This document shows, one piece after another, positions 48,037 to 57,882 of a DNA stretch of 64,000 nt (its first letter is position 1; each line of letters starts with the position of its first letter). This DNA is from Bacteroidota bacterium (lineage in GTDB: Bacteria > Bacteroidota > Bacteroidia > Bacteroidales > Lentimicrobiaceae), in the NCBI GenBank assembly GCA_043806115.1, contig JAZDHI010000059.1:24349-88348 (forward strand), given 5' to 3'. The notes below the pieces were generated by a model that ran no database searches, was not told the origin of the DNA, and worked only from the letters and a program-made list of their open reading frames with translations. The translations under genes were made by a program, and so were the position numbers.

Positions 48037-48064
48037 AAAAAAAAGGGGCTCTTCTCAGAGCCCC
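48037..48064 (-). terminator. Intrinsic terminator of the giant T9SS gene and intron target site
   Basis: Minus strand GGGGCTCT-GAGA-AGAGCCCC-TTTTTTTT, then intron GTGCG. Confidence 0.9.
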
Positions 48065-48088
48065 CAATATTAGATATCGATTTAACGA

Positions 48089-51000
48089 TTAGCGGGTTAC
48101 AGCAACTTTTTTGGTGAAGCTATCGCCTGATTGGGTAATGAATTTAATCAGGTAGGCTCCGGCCTCATAGTTACGTACATTCAGCTGGATGTTCTTGTCT
48201 TTGGTAATAACCTGCTCATAAACAACCTGTCCGACATAGTTATAAATAACTATCTCACTGATGTCGTTGGTGAGTCCGATATTAACCACACTGTTTGATG
48301 GGTTCGGGTAAACCGAAATTGCGTTGATTCCAACAACCGGCACATCCGTAACATCGATGCAGGCTTCGTTTGAAGGATCTGATTCGCAATCTTCATAAAC
48401 AGCAGTTACAAGGTAGCAATAGGTATTGCCAATCTCAACTGTTTCATCAAGATATTCAGTTTCCGCAGTGTTTCCTAACAGAGCACCATCACGCCATACA
48501 TTGTATCCAACGAGTTCACGACCGGCAGCGGTAGTGTTGTCGGTTACAGTTGCGTTAGCAAGCATCGGGTAGTTACCACGGACAAGCTGAGAAACTGGAC
48601 CATATACAGTGTTGTCGCTGATTGGCTGCAGGGCAGTTACACCATCAACACTTTCTACGTAACCATTGAGGTTCCAGTTATAATCCAGACCATAAGCGGT
48701 TGACATTGATTCCCAAACAGAACCGTCGAGTGAAATCATATCACCAAATCCGGCTACTGCAGGACCTGCATCGCAACCTGCAACGTAGGAACCGGCAGCG
48801 TGAGTAACGGTATAACCAAACCACAGTTCGGTAGCACCGGTTACAGCAACAGGAGCAGTAAGTGCGAATTCATTCCATATACCTTCAGTATAGGAAGCAA
48901 CCGGCTGGGTATGAACGAGCTGGCTTGCATTGGCGCCAGTCCAGACTTTAAGCACGATGGTTCCACCTGCAGAGTAAGGGAACATGCGGATCTTGGTAAG
49001 GCTGGTTCCGGCATACTGACCTAACTGGGCAGGAGTAAACCTGACAGCAACACTAAAGGTTCCACCACTGGTGAGACCGATAGCATCAGCATTGGTACCG
49101 TCATCCCATCCAAGCCATGCGGAAATACCGCCGCCACCGCCTTCAGGAGCTTCCCAGGTAAGGAGAACTTCATCAACAGCAGGGAAGTTAATTTCAGCAG
49201 CGAGATTAACAGGAGGAGAACACAAACGATAGATGTGGATATTGTCAATCTGCCAGTTGAAGATATCAAGTGTATTTGCACCCTTTGCATTGAAGCGGAT
49301 GCGGAATACCTTGTTCTTGGCCTGATTTGTAATATCAACATGTTTCATTTCCCAAGCAACGTCGCCTTCAGCAGTATACGTAGCAACGTTAATCCATGCA
49401 GCTCCGTTGTATACTTCAACCAGCAGAGTCTCGTCACCGGTAGCATTCACGTCGTCAATTTTCAGATCGAAATCGAGGAAGAACTTACCATCGATGTAAC
49501 CTGTCCCATTGATCCATGAGCTGGTGAGTGAAAGAGCGTAGTCAGTCTGAATCGGGCTGTAGGTAAACTCAACCGAAGGCAAAGGATTTCCGGTCTGGCC
49601 GGCGATTTTCCAGTTATCACCATCGGTAGTCCACTGGTTTGTTTCAAACAAGCCGGTGTTCCAGTTTTCGGTGAACGGGAGTTCGTAACCGTAGGTAACG
49701 GTAACTTCAACCGGACCTTCTATCATTGATTCACCTGTCTGGCCTGCAAATCCGTAAGGAGTGAGGTCATAAACGGCAGTTACATGATAGCTGTAGGTAC
49801 CCGGATCGAGGTTAAGGTCGAAGTACTCGGTAGCAGGATGTTCTACATAGGCTGTAAGTGCATTGTCCCTGTAGAGGTTATAACCGATCAGACCCATAGC
49901 AACCCTGCTGGCACGCTGTGAAGCGTTTGCAACACGAGCTGTATTGCCGTCACGGGCAATACGGTCACCTGAAGTACGGTTGGAGCTGTTGCTGATCTTG
50001 GTAAGCGAGCTGGCCGGGAACATCACTACATCGTCGGTGCTTGCTACTGCGATATTATCAACAAACCAGATGTACCACAAACCGGCACCATCACCGTCAA
50101 TTGCCTGGAAGGCAATCTTGATGTCTTCACCTGCATAGGCGCTGAGGTCAACTGAGTAAGGATAATCATAATAGTTCCAGCCACCACCGGTTAAGGTTGA
50201 AGCATCCCATACAACATCCCAGTTGGTACCACCATCGGTGGAAACTTTTACATAATAATGGTCAAGGTAGGTAGAACCTTCGTAAACTGTTGATTCAAAT
50301 GACAGGGTGGTTGTAGCACCGCAGGCGACCTCTGGTGTAATTAACCATTCGTCCTGATGATCATAATCCCACCACAAACCTGCATGATAGACGCCAAATG
50401 GAGCGAAATCAGCAGATGAGTAATCATTGATAGTCCAGTGTGCAGGAGTTCCACCACCGGCAGCTGTGTTGGTCTGTATAATTTCCCAACCTTCGCTCAG
50501 AACACCGGCTTCGAAGTCTTCAGTTAAATTGCCACCGGCTCCGCCGCCTCCAACTGGTTGCTCCCACCACAGGTGAGCGTAGTCGGTATTGAGGGGGCTT
50601 TCACCCTGCAGATTCTGTGGAGGGAATAGGAACAGTGACCTGAACAGATAAGTGTCAAGTTCTGAATAGCCTGAGCTATAAAGCGCTGCAACACCTGCCA
50701 GGTATTCCTGTCCGAAATTCAGATCCTGATAGGTATAGGTTCTTTCCGGAGTATTGTCGACCAATGTTCCATCGAGGAATACGCCGTAACCCTGTAGGGG
50801 AACGCCACCTGATGAAATCTGAATATCGTCAACAGCCCATCCGGAAGCCCAAACTCCATTATCATCACCATGGAAGGCAAGCCATACGCTACCTAAACCG
50901 GTTGCGCCCGAGAACTGTGCAAGATCGATTTCAAGATCAACCCATGAGGAGGAAGGTGAAAGGGAGTTAATGACAGTCCAGGTAGCTCCGGCATCGGTAC

Positions 51001-54000
51001 TGATTTCCACGTACGCACTTTGTGAGTATGCACCATCATAGAAGCTTGCAAAATTCAATCTGTATGATGGAAGATCTGTCCAATTCATTTCAGGAGTGAT
51101 CAGATAATCACAGCATCCATCACCATTATCAGCGTCGTCGTTGGTAACAGCATACTTGGAGTGAGGAGGAATGGTCCAGCTTCCACTGCTTCCGTTGGTA
51201 GTTGCATACCAACCGGTAGTGTTCTGGGTGAGTGCCTGCCATCCGGCCGGTGGGAATACAGAACCTTCGAAATTTTCGATCACCGCGATGGCGAGAGGCT
51301 CATCCCATGTAGCTACAAGGGTAAGGGGATCAACATACAGGTTACGTGGTTTGTATTTCTTTTCAAGAAGGATGATATCGAAAGTACGATCGCTGGTTAT
51401 GTTTACGTTAATGCTGTAATCATCGAAACCAACTTTCATAGCGTCAAGGGCATAGTGTCCGAACCATACTTCCGGGAATATGACCTGTCCGCTTTCAGGA
51501 ACAGTTGCCATATAATGCTCGTAAGGATAATCCTGACCAGTAAACATAACAACAGCACCGGCAGGACTGCCACCTGTTGTAAGGCTTACGTTGACAGTAA
51601 TCTCAGCAAGAATTCCATGACCAACAATGTTTGAAACGATGGTGTCAGAAATGAAGTTGCCGGGATAATTGGCAGCAACACCGTAAGCATACCAGCCACC
51701 AGGCAGACCTGCCCATGTAGCACCACCATCGGTGTAAGTATTGGCATCAACTGCGTTGGCCAAACCAGTAGCTGTACCGGTAGAAGGATCGCCGTCAGGA
51801 TCAAAACTGCTGTAACGTACTACTCTGTAACTTGAAACAGCCCTTGAGCCGTCTTCAAAATCAACAGCGGCTTTATAAATGGCATTTCCTTCAATTCCAC
51901 CCAAAGCAAGTGGTGAATTGGCAGAAATCATGCCGCGCTGTTTCAGCGGAAGGTGGGCGTCACCGGCAGATGCAATGGCATCTGTAGCGGCTGGTGAACC
52001 ATAAAGAATGGCACGTATCATCATATCCTGGAATGGAGATAATCCCCATGCTCCACCGGTACTCACATTGCGTGAATAGCTGCGGTACAGTGTCGGAAGG
52101 GTTTCATCAATTCCAACAGGTGCACAGTTTGGTGACAGGCTACCCTGAACCATCACGAGGTAGAAACTACCATCGGCGATTTCAGCATTCAGGCCTGAGA
52201 ATGTAACCCAGCCATAGTGATTTACAGTTACAGAGATTGAGTCTAAAGTTGTACCTGGCAGGCCGTTGGCTCCGTCATCATCCTTTACCATGGCTCCAAA
52301 AGTTGTGCCTAAGAATCCGGTGGTATTGTTGGGGAAGGTGCCATCACCTACGTAAATCTTACCACCAATAACGGTAGCCGGATATTCGGCAGGAACAAAT
52401 TTAACTGCATTCATGTTGCCTGGCAAAGCCCAAGCAGCATAGTTTTCAGCTGAACCATCGTCGTAAACAACCTCATAAGGACCACTGCCGTCGCCCCAGG
52501 TTACAACGCATTCAGTATCCGTAGCGTTAACTTCGGCATACACAAATGAAGGAGGATAGGCTTCTTCCCACAGTTCTGCATCAAGCGGAGTTACAATACC
52601 AGCCAGTGCGGTGGTGTCCATCTCAAAATAAGACTGGAAACCGGTCTTCTCAAAGCTGACATTGTAAACACCCGGATCAACATACAGGGTATATTCACCC
52701 TCTTCGTTGGTCATAGCCTGGAAGCTCATATCACGTTCACCACTGTGCCTTACGCCCATTCTCGGAGTGTTGAATGAGTGGTTGCAGGCAGCAAGATTGA
52801 CCGGAGCCGCAGACTTGATCACATTTGTATTCTGACCTGGGGTCATCATAACCGTTGTTCCTTCAATAAATGCAGAAACATGTTGTCCGAATACACCAAC
52901 AAATCCATAATCTGCCAGACTTGCCCATGTGCCACCATCATAATAGTATGATAATCCGGCACCTGCATTCGGTCCGTTCTCATCAAAACCCTGATAGCGG
53001 GTAGCACCTGCATTATTCCAATAGCACATTGCATAGAAAGTACCATTGAACGGGATTGAAGGCAATGTAAAGGTGTACCAGCCTACATTAGTTATTAATA
53101 CGGGATCAGAGGCACCAAGCAGAACACCTGCATTGTCATAGATTTCCATCGTTAACGGAACCGTCATCGGGCTGCCGTCATCGAAATAAGCACTCACTGA
53201 ATTGAGGTAACCATAGTCTGATGTAATAAATCTGTTGCCTAACCAACCAACGCCACTTGTAAAAGCAATACCATTTTCGTAAGATCCATCATCAAGTACA
53301 TAATCAGTAAAGTAACCGGTCGGGTTAGCTGTAACAAGAACACCATTGAGAGGTTCTCCGGTGTTTCCGTTGGTTACTGTTCCGGCAAACTGGGCAGGAA
53401 CGAAAACATACATTTCGTTGGTAATGGTAACACTTGGATTGGCAAGGTCATTTGACTCAACAACGAGATCCTGGAGATAGGAGAAACCAGGAGCATAATC
53501 GGTTGCATCCCAGGTAACGGTCACTGTCTGGCTTCCGCCCTGAGGTACCTGACCTTCAGCGGGTACAACAGAAACAATAAATCCGCCACCGCCAACTTCA
53601 AGGGTATAGTCTTCAACATCACCGTAGGAAGTGGTTCCGCAGGATGACAAAGTTCCACCCCATTGCAGTCTTACCCTCATACGGGTAGGTCCGGGAAGTG
53701 CATCATCCGGAACAAGAACGGTCCCGGTGAAAGAAGCTCCACCACCTGATTGTGTGGTTGTATAATATTCACCCGGATCATCAAAACTTTCGTTCTGATT
53801 CCAGTCGCACCATACACCGACGATGTCGCTTGAATATGGAACAGGGTTGGTAATGGTAATGACATAGGCTTCTTCCAGCTCAACTTCAGTTGAAATTGAG
53901 GTGAAATCAGCATAACCACCGCAATTGGAAGTGTTATTGATATCGCCAAACTGAATGTTGGAGATATACTCATCACATCCGCCGCTGGCTGCACAATAAG

Positions 54001-56719
54001 CCAATGGTGCACGGTTACCGTCGTCTTCTACCCATTCGGGGAAACTGAATGCCAGGGTACCTTCACCGATATTGTTGATGGTAATGGTCTGAACAGCCTG
54101 GTTGTTTACCCAAACCTCATCATAGATGTAGGTAGGATCAACGAAGATGGTCGGATTGGGCCATTCCAGTTCAACCGGTCCTGCAGGAGCAGACTGACCT
54201 TCATCATAAACTGCCTGAACGGTATATTCATAAACACCGTATGTTGGCAGGTCATCTGTAAAGGTGTAACCGGCTGTTGTTCCAAGGGAAACACCATCAC
54301 GTTTTACGATGAAATTGATAAAGTCATCGGAAGGAGCAAAAGTCCAGCTTAATGCAACCTGTCCTGTTATGGGGTTGGTCAGCACAGCTGTGAGGTCTTC
54401 AGGAACCGACAAGGCGGGGCCTGCTACAACCATAGTAACAGGAACAGTAACTGTGCCTACATCAGGATCGGAAGTGAACACAACATCAGCTGTATAAACT
54501 TCGCCTGCTTCGGTGCCGGATGCATTGAAGAATGCGGCATTATCGAAGTTGGTGTATGGATTTACCATTCCTTCATACTGGGCCAGGGTAAGCCAGCCGC
54601 CGGCAGCTGCACCTGAACCAGACAAACACATGGCCAGTTTTTCAGTCAGTGCGATGGCGTTCTGATATGCATTGCCGGTTCCGGTATATGTATTCAGCCA
54701 GTAGAAAGTCGGTGAGGCAGTAGTCGCCTGAACCGAAATCCAGCCTGAAGCCATCGATGTTGAAGGCAGCGCAACCGTGAAATAATAGGTATCGTAACCT
54801 ATTACCGGGGTTCCGGTGTTAACCGGGGCAGCATCAACATTCAGCGATGAAACCACTGTGCCCGGGGTAGCACCCGGATTCAGGATCTCAACATTGAAAT
54901 TCATGGTTGCAGGAGGTGCAGATGTAAAAATGGCCCAGAATGTAAGGGTGTTGAAGCTTCCGCTGACACCGACAAATTCCTGGTAACATTTATACCCTGA
55001 AGATACTGTACTGGTATAGCCATTGTCTGAGCCAACCGGAGTATTGCTGAAAACACTTCCGTCGGGGCAGAACATCCCTTCACGGCTGTTCAGGGCCTGA
55101 CCGTTGCCGGGTCCTATCACTGAAACAGGTCCGGTGGGCAGCGAGCTGAAATCAACCTGGGGGATGTTCGGGTCGATGCCGGGAGCCAATGATGTCTCCG
55201 GATAAACAACCTCGGCTGTCCAGGTAAGCGTACCGTCGCCGTTATTATTAATGTTAAGGGCTCCTTCATACTGTTCGTTCGGGTTAACGGTTACACTGTA
55301 TGGATTCGGTGTAACAGCCATCGACGGACGGGGCAGTTCAAAGTTTTGATAGGTGGTTGCACCATCGGAGACCAGGACACCTTCAACTGTTGTTGTATTG
55401 TATCCGTCCTTGGCGGCAGCCATTTCATAAAGGCCTATGTTGACATCGGTCAGTGTATATGAACCATTGGCGGCAGAGGTGGTATAATAGGTACCATTGT
55501 CACCCTGGGCTGCTACAGTAGCATCCCCCAGCGGAACACCAAAACCATTGGTTACATAACCCTGAATCATTCCGGTTGGTAATATACCGGAAGGCTGTAT
55601 GGTCAGATACAGATTGGCCCGTGTAGTATATGAAGCTCCGGGGGTGGTAATATCCACACATCCGTCACCTGTAGGCAGGTCAGTGTGATTATGCACAACG
55701 AGGCCTGATAATATAGTACCATAGACATTGGAGTTAAAATCTGCATAATCATCATTATTAAAACAAATGCTGACCAGAAGACTTGAAGTACCATCCCAGG
55801 CAAACGGGGTGGTCAGGCTGATGGTCTGAACACCGGTTGCCGTTACAGAATAAGTGCCACTGTAAACGGTAGTCCATCCTGCATTTTCAAATGCTGAAAT
55901 GGTGGTACCTGAATAGTTCATCATGGATATGGTAAACCCATTCATCACATACGGATCAAATGAAGAAACATTGAGTCCGATGGCGGTAATATCACCGGGA
56001 AGGCCGCCGGAAGCAAGAATTTCGCTTGCCGGATAGAGCATCTGGGTACGGCTGTCCATGTAATAGGTGTAGAACGGATAGCCGGCTGTGGCTGTGCCTG
56101 TACCAACCTGGCAGTTAACCGGTGAAGGTCCTGTAGATGTTCCACTGATGGTTACATCGTCAAGATAGCAATCGTTGCCATAGGCAGATGTAAACAGGAA
56201 TGCCACATAAAGTGCCGGTTGATTCTCTGCTCCGGCAGGAAGTACATCGGTCTTAACAGTCCAGGCATCGGCTGCACCGGGCCGGTTATAGGTACCGCCG
56301 TTGTTCCAGGTTGTACCATCGGTTGACCATTGTACAACAACATTATCATACGATGTTGCGTAGGCAGTGCTTTCCAGCCAGGCAAATTCAACCGAAATGT
56401 CTTCATATCCCACCGTGGAGAATGAAGAGGTCTGAAGTAGCCTGTTTGAAATTCCGGTTGAAGCCGAATATGAATTAAACCTGACAAAGTAGGTTCCGTC
56501 ATAAGCGGTAAAACCTGAAGGATAAGAAGAAGATGAAACAAACGACAGGTAATCTGAGCCGGAAACAACTTCCTCTGCCCATCCTGCCGGTACTGCTCCA
56601 CCGTTTTCAAAACTCTCGGTGACCAGCACATCCTGTGCCGATACACTGAAAGCAAAAAGCAGGGCCGTTAAAGCTACAAGCCAGGCGCGCCAACCTTTTC
56701 TCTTTGTAATGTTTTGCAT
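48089..56719 (-). CDS. Giant 2876 aa multidomain T9SS cargo protein (adhesin/hemagglutinin-like)
   Basis: Signal peptide; MAM/choice-of-anchor-J-like modules (ESFENG..PAGW; ENFEGSVFPPAGW...DYLITPE; EDFEAG...DEWLITPE); carboxypeptidase-regulatory-like domains (IQGYVTN...G.Y.L; FAGTVTN); GEVED domain (EYISNIQFG...GPTRMRVR...GDVEDY); Fn3-like modules (P..L....V.L.W ... GYN.YRD); CTD VYPNPSN...GAYLIKF...KKVAVTR. No catalytic motif recognised. Confidence 0.9.
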   Translation of the reverse strand: MQNITKRKGWRAWLVALTALLFAFSVSAQDVLVTESFENGGAVPAGWAEEVVSGSDYLSFVSSSSYPSGFTAYDGTYFVRFNSYSASTGISNRLLQTSSFSTVGYEDISVEFAWLESTAYATSYDNVVVQWSTDGTTWNNGGTYNRPGAADAWTVKTDVLPAGAENQPALYVAFLFTSAYGNDCYLDDVTISGTSTGPSPVNCQVGTGTATAGYPFYTYYMDSRTQMLYPASEILASGGLPGDITAIGLNVSSFDPYVMNGFTISMMNYSGTTISAFENAGWTTVYSGTYSVTATGVQTISLTTPFAWDGTSSLLVSICFNNDDYADFNSNVYGTILSGLVVHNHTDLPTGDGCVDITTPGASYTTRANLYLTIQPSGILPTGMIQGYVTNGFGVPLGDATVAAQGDNGTYYTTSAANGSYTLTDVNIGLYEMAAAKDGYNTTTVEGVLVSDGATTYQNFELPRPSMAVTPNPYSVTVNPNEQYEGALNINNNGDGTLTWTAEVVYPETSLAPGIDPNIPQVDFSSLPTGPVSVIGPGNGQALNSREGMFCPDGSVFSNTPVGSDNGYTSTVSSGYKCYQEFVGVSGSFNTLTFWAIFTSAPPATMNFNVEILNPGATPGTVVSSLNVDAAPVNTGTPVIGYDTYYFTVALPSTSMASGWISVQATTASPTFYWLNTYTGTGNAYQNAIALTEKLAMCLSGSGAAAGGWLTLAQYEGMVNPYTNFDNAAFFNASGTEAGEVYTADVVFTSDPDVGTVTVPVTMVVAGPALSVPEDLTAVLTNPITGQVALSWTFAPSDDFINFIVKRDGVSLGTTAGYTFTDDLPTYGVYEYTVQAVYDEGQSAPAGPVELEWPNPTIFVDPTYIYDEVWVNNQAVQTITINNIGEGTLAFSFPEWVEDDGNRAPLAYCAASGGCDEYISNIQFGDINNTSNCGGYADFTSISTEVELEEAYVITITNPVPYSSDIVGVWCDWNQNESFDDPGEYYTTTQSGGGASFTGTVLVPDDALPGPTRMRVRLQWGGTLSSCGTTSYGDVEDYTLEVGGGGFIVSVVPAEGQVPQGGSQTVTVTWDATDYAPGFSYLQDLVVESNDLANPSVTITNEMYVFVPAQFAGTVTNGNTGEPLNGVLVTANPTGYFTDYVLDDGSYENGIAFTSGVGWLGNRFITSDYGYLNSVSAYFDDGSPMTVPLTMEIYDNAGVLLGASDPVLITNVGWYTFTLPSIPFNGTFYAMCYWNNAGATRYQGFDENGPNAGAGLSYYYDGGTWASLADYGFVGVFGQHVSAFIEGTTVMMTPGQNTNVIKSAAPVNLAACNHSFNTPRMGVRHSGERDMSFQAMTNEEGEYTLYVDPGVYNVSFEKTGFQSYFEMDTTALAGIVTPLDAELWEEAYPPSFVYAEVNATDTECVVTWGDGSGPYEVVYDDGSAENYAAWALPGNMNAVKFVPAEYPATVIGGKIYVGDGTFPNNTTGFLGTTFGAMVKDDDGANGLPGTTLDSISVTVNHYGWVTFSGLNAEIADGSFYLVMVQGSLSPNCAPVGIDETLPTLYRSYSRNVSTGGAWGLSPFQDMMIRAILYGSPAATDAIASAGDAHLPLKQRGMISANSPLALGGIEGNAIYKAAVDFEDGSRAVSSYRVVRYSSFDPDGDPSTGTATGLANAVDANTYTDGGATWAGLPGGWYAYGVAANYPGNFISDTIVSNIVGHGILAEITVNVSLTTGGSPAGAVVMFTGQDYPYEHYMATVPESGQVIFPEVWFGHYALDAMKVGFDDYSINVNITSDRTFDIILLEKKYKPRNLYVDPLTLVATWDEPLAIAVIENFEGSVFPPAGWQALTQNTTGWYATTNGSSGSWTIPPHSKYAVTNDDADNGDGCCDYLITPEMNWTDLPSYRLNFASFYDGAYSQSAYVEISTDAGATWTVINSLSPSSSWVDLEIDLAQFSGATGLGSVWLAFHGDDNGVWASGWAVDDIQISSGGVPLQGYGVFLDGTLVDNTPERTYTYQDLNFGQEYLAGVAALYSSGYSELDTYLFRSLFLFPPQNLQGESPLNTDYAHLWWEQPVGGGGAGGNLTEDFEAGVLSEGWEIIQTNTAAGGGTPAHWTINDYSSADFAPFGVYHAGLWWDYDHQDEWLITPEVACGATTTLSFESTVYEGSTYLDHYYVKVSTDGGTNWDVVWDASTLTGGGWNYYDYPYSVDLSAYAGEDIKIAFQAIDGDGAGLWYIWFVDNIAVASTDDVVMFPASSLTKISNSSNRTSGDRIARDGNTARVANASQRASRVAMGLIGYNLYRDNALTAYVEHPATEYFDLNLDPGTYSYHVTAVYDLTPYGFAGQTGESMIEGPVEVTVTYGYELPFTENWNTGLFETNQWTTDGDNWKIAGQTGNPLPSVEFTYSPIQTDYALSLTSSWINGTGYIDGKFFLDFDLKIDDVNATGDETLLVEVYNGAAWINVATYTAEGDVAWEMKHVDITNQAKNKVFRIRFNAKGANTLDIFNWQIDNIHIYRLCSPPVNLAAEINFPAVDEVLLTWEAPEGGGGGISAWLGWDDGTNADAIGLTSGGTFSVAVRFTPAQLGQYAGTSLTKIRMFPYSAGGTIVLKVWTGANASQLVHTQPVASYTEGIWNEFALTAPVAVTGATELWFGYTVTHAAGSYVAGCDAGPAVAGFGDMISLDGSVWESMSTAYGLDYNWNLNGYVESVDGVTALQPISDNTVYGPVSQLVRGNYPMLANATVTDNTTAAGRELVGYNVWRDGALLGNTAETEYLDETVEIGNTYCYLVTAVYEDCESDPSNEACIDVTDVPVVGINAISVYPNPSNSVVNIGLTNDISEIVIYNYVGQVVYEQVITKDKNIQLNVRNYEAGAYLIKFITQSGDSFTKKVAVTR
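48486..48901. repeat. 416 bp block nearly identical to 61622..62037
   Basis: Hand alignment gives 11 mismatches in 416 bp (about 97%); a more diverged third copy lies at about 58430-58915. Confidence 0.9.
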
Positions 56720-57882
56720 AGTGTAGGGTTTTAAATAAATACTAAAGCATTAATTAATTGTATTCTGATTTTAATAATTAGTCACACAATGTAAGCCGTG
56801 TGGGGGTCATATTCTGATCCCGGATGATTTCGGGACTATAATTCTAAAAGATTTGTTACGCTGTATCTCCCCTGCAACACCTCCTTTCTTCAATATTGAA
56901 TATTATACAATAAGGCGATATATTAATTGTTGTGTTTTCACACTTGTAAAAAATGCAATATACAGATGTCAGGAGGCCGTAAAAACCGGTTCCGGGTGAC
57001 ATTGATTGAATAGAGAAGGGAGAAAAACCTGTAATGGAAATTTTGCGAGGAATTTTATAAAAAAATATGCAGAACAGCTTAAATACAAACAGAAAAGGCA
57101 GACAGTAGGAGAGTCTGTCTGCAAAACATACCCGCGACTTTGCCACGGAAAGAATTGATCCGGCATTCACTTTACTCATGTAACATCCATTTTACCATTC
57201 TGAATTACCTGGGGAAAGGGTTCAGAATGTATTGGTAAGCAAAATAAACGGTCAATCCAAAGAAATCTGTATCCGAGTATTGCAGGTAAGCCCCGGGTGC
57301 TGGTCGGAAAGCCGAAGAAATGACACCCTGATTACCTTATTTAACTATTCCTAAACCACTATTCTTCTGTTCTTTTTTCAACTTTTCAGCATTTTAGGAT
57401 AGTAGCGTAATGCGAAGATATAATAATAGACAATTAAAAACCAGTTTACCCCTATTCAATTTCGAAAAAAAATCAACAGGGGATTGTTTGCAAACAGGAA
57501 TTCTCCGGGAAAAAGAAAATCTTCAGATTTCAGACATTGATCGAAAAATCAGACAAATTTCATCTATATTGTTGATTAACAATGTATTGAAGGGAAATTG
57601 GAAAAGCAAATCCCTGAGGTCATCTTTGGTAAAAACGGGATTAAAGATGAGATGTTAGAATGGTTTTCCTGAAAGCTCAGTGATATTAACCCTGAATTGT
57701 TAATAAACCCGCTTCATTTATCTATAACACTATATTCGTGTCATTTAAGCTATCATTCGAAAATAGAGGCCTGTTAAGTTAAATGCACTTCTGGTGAGAC
57801 CTGCATACTTCCAATGAGAAACATATGTAAGAATGAAAAAGGGCTCATCGTTTCCCTTTGTCAGTAATCATATGAACGGATC

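Noticed and set aside
57284-57350. TPP riboswitch
   Set aside because: GGGTGC...AGAAAT...ACCC resembles the 5' half, but CUGAGA is imperfect, the 3' half (UAAU..CAGCGUAGG) is absent, and no plus-strand gene follows.
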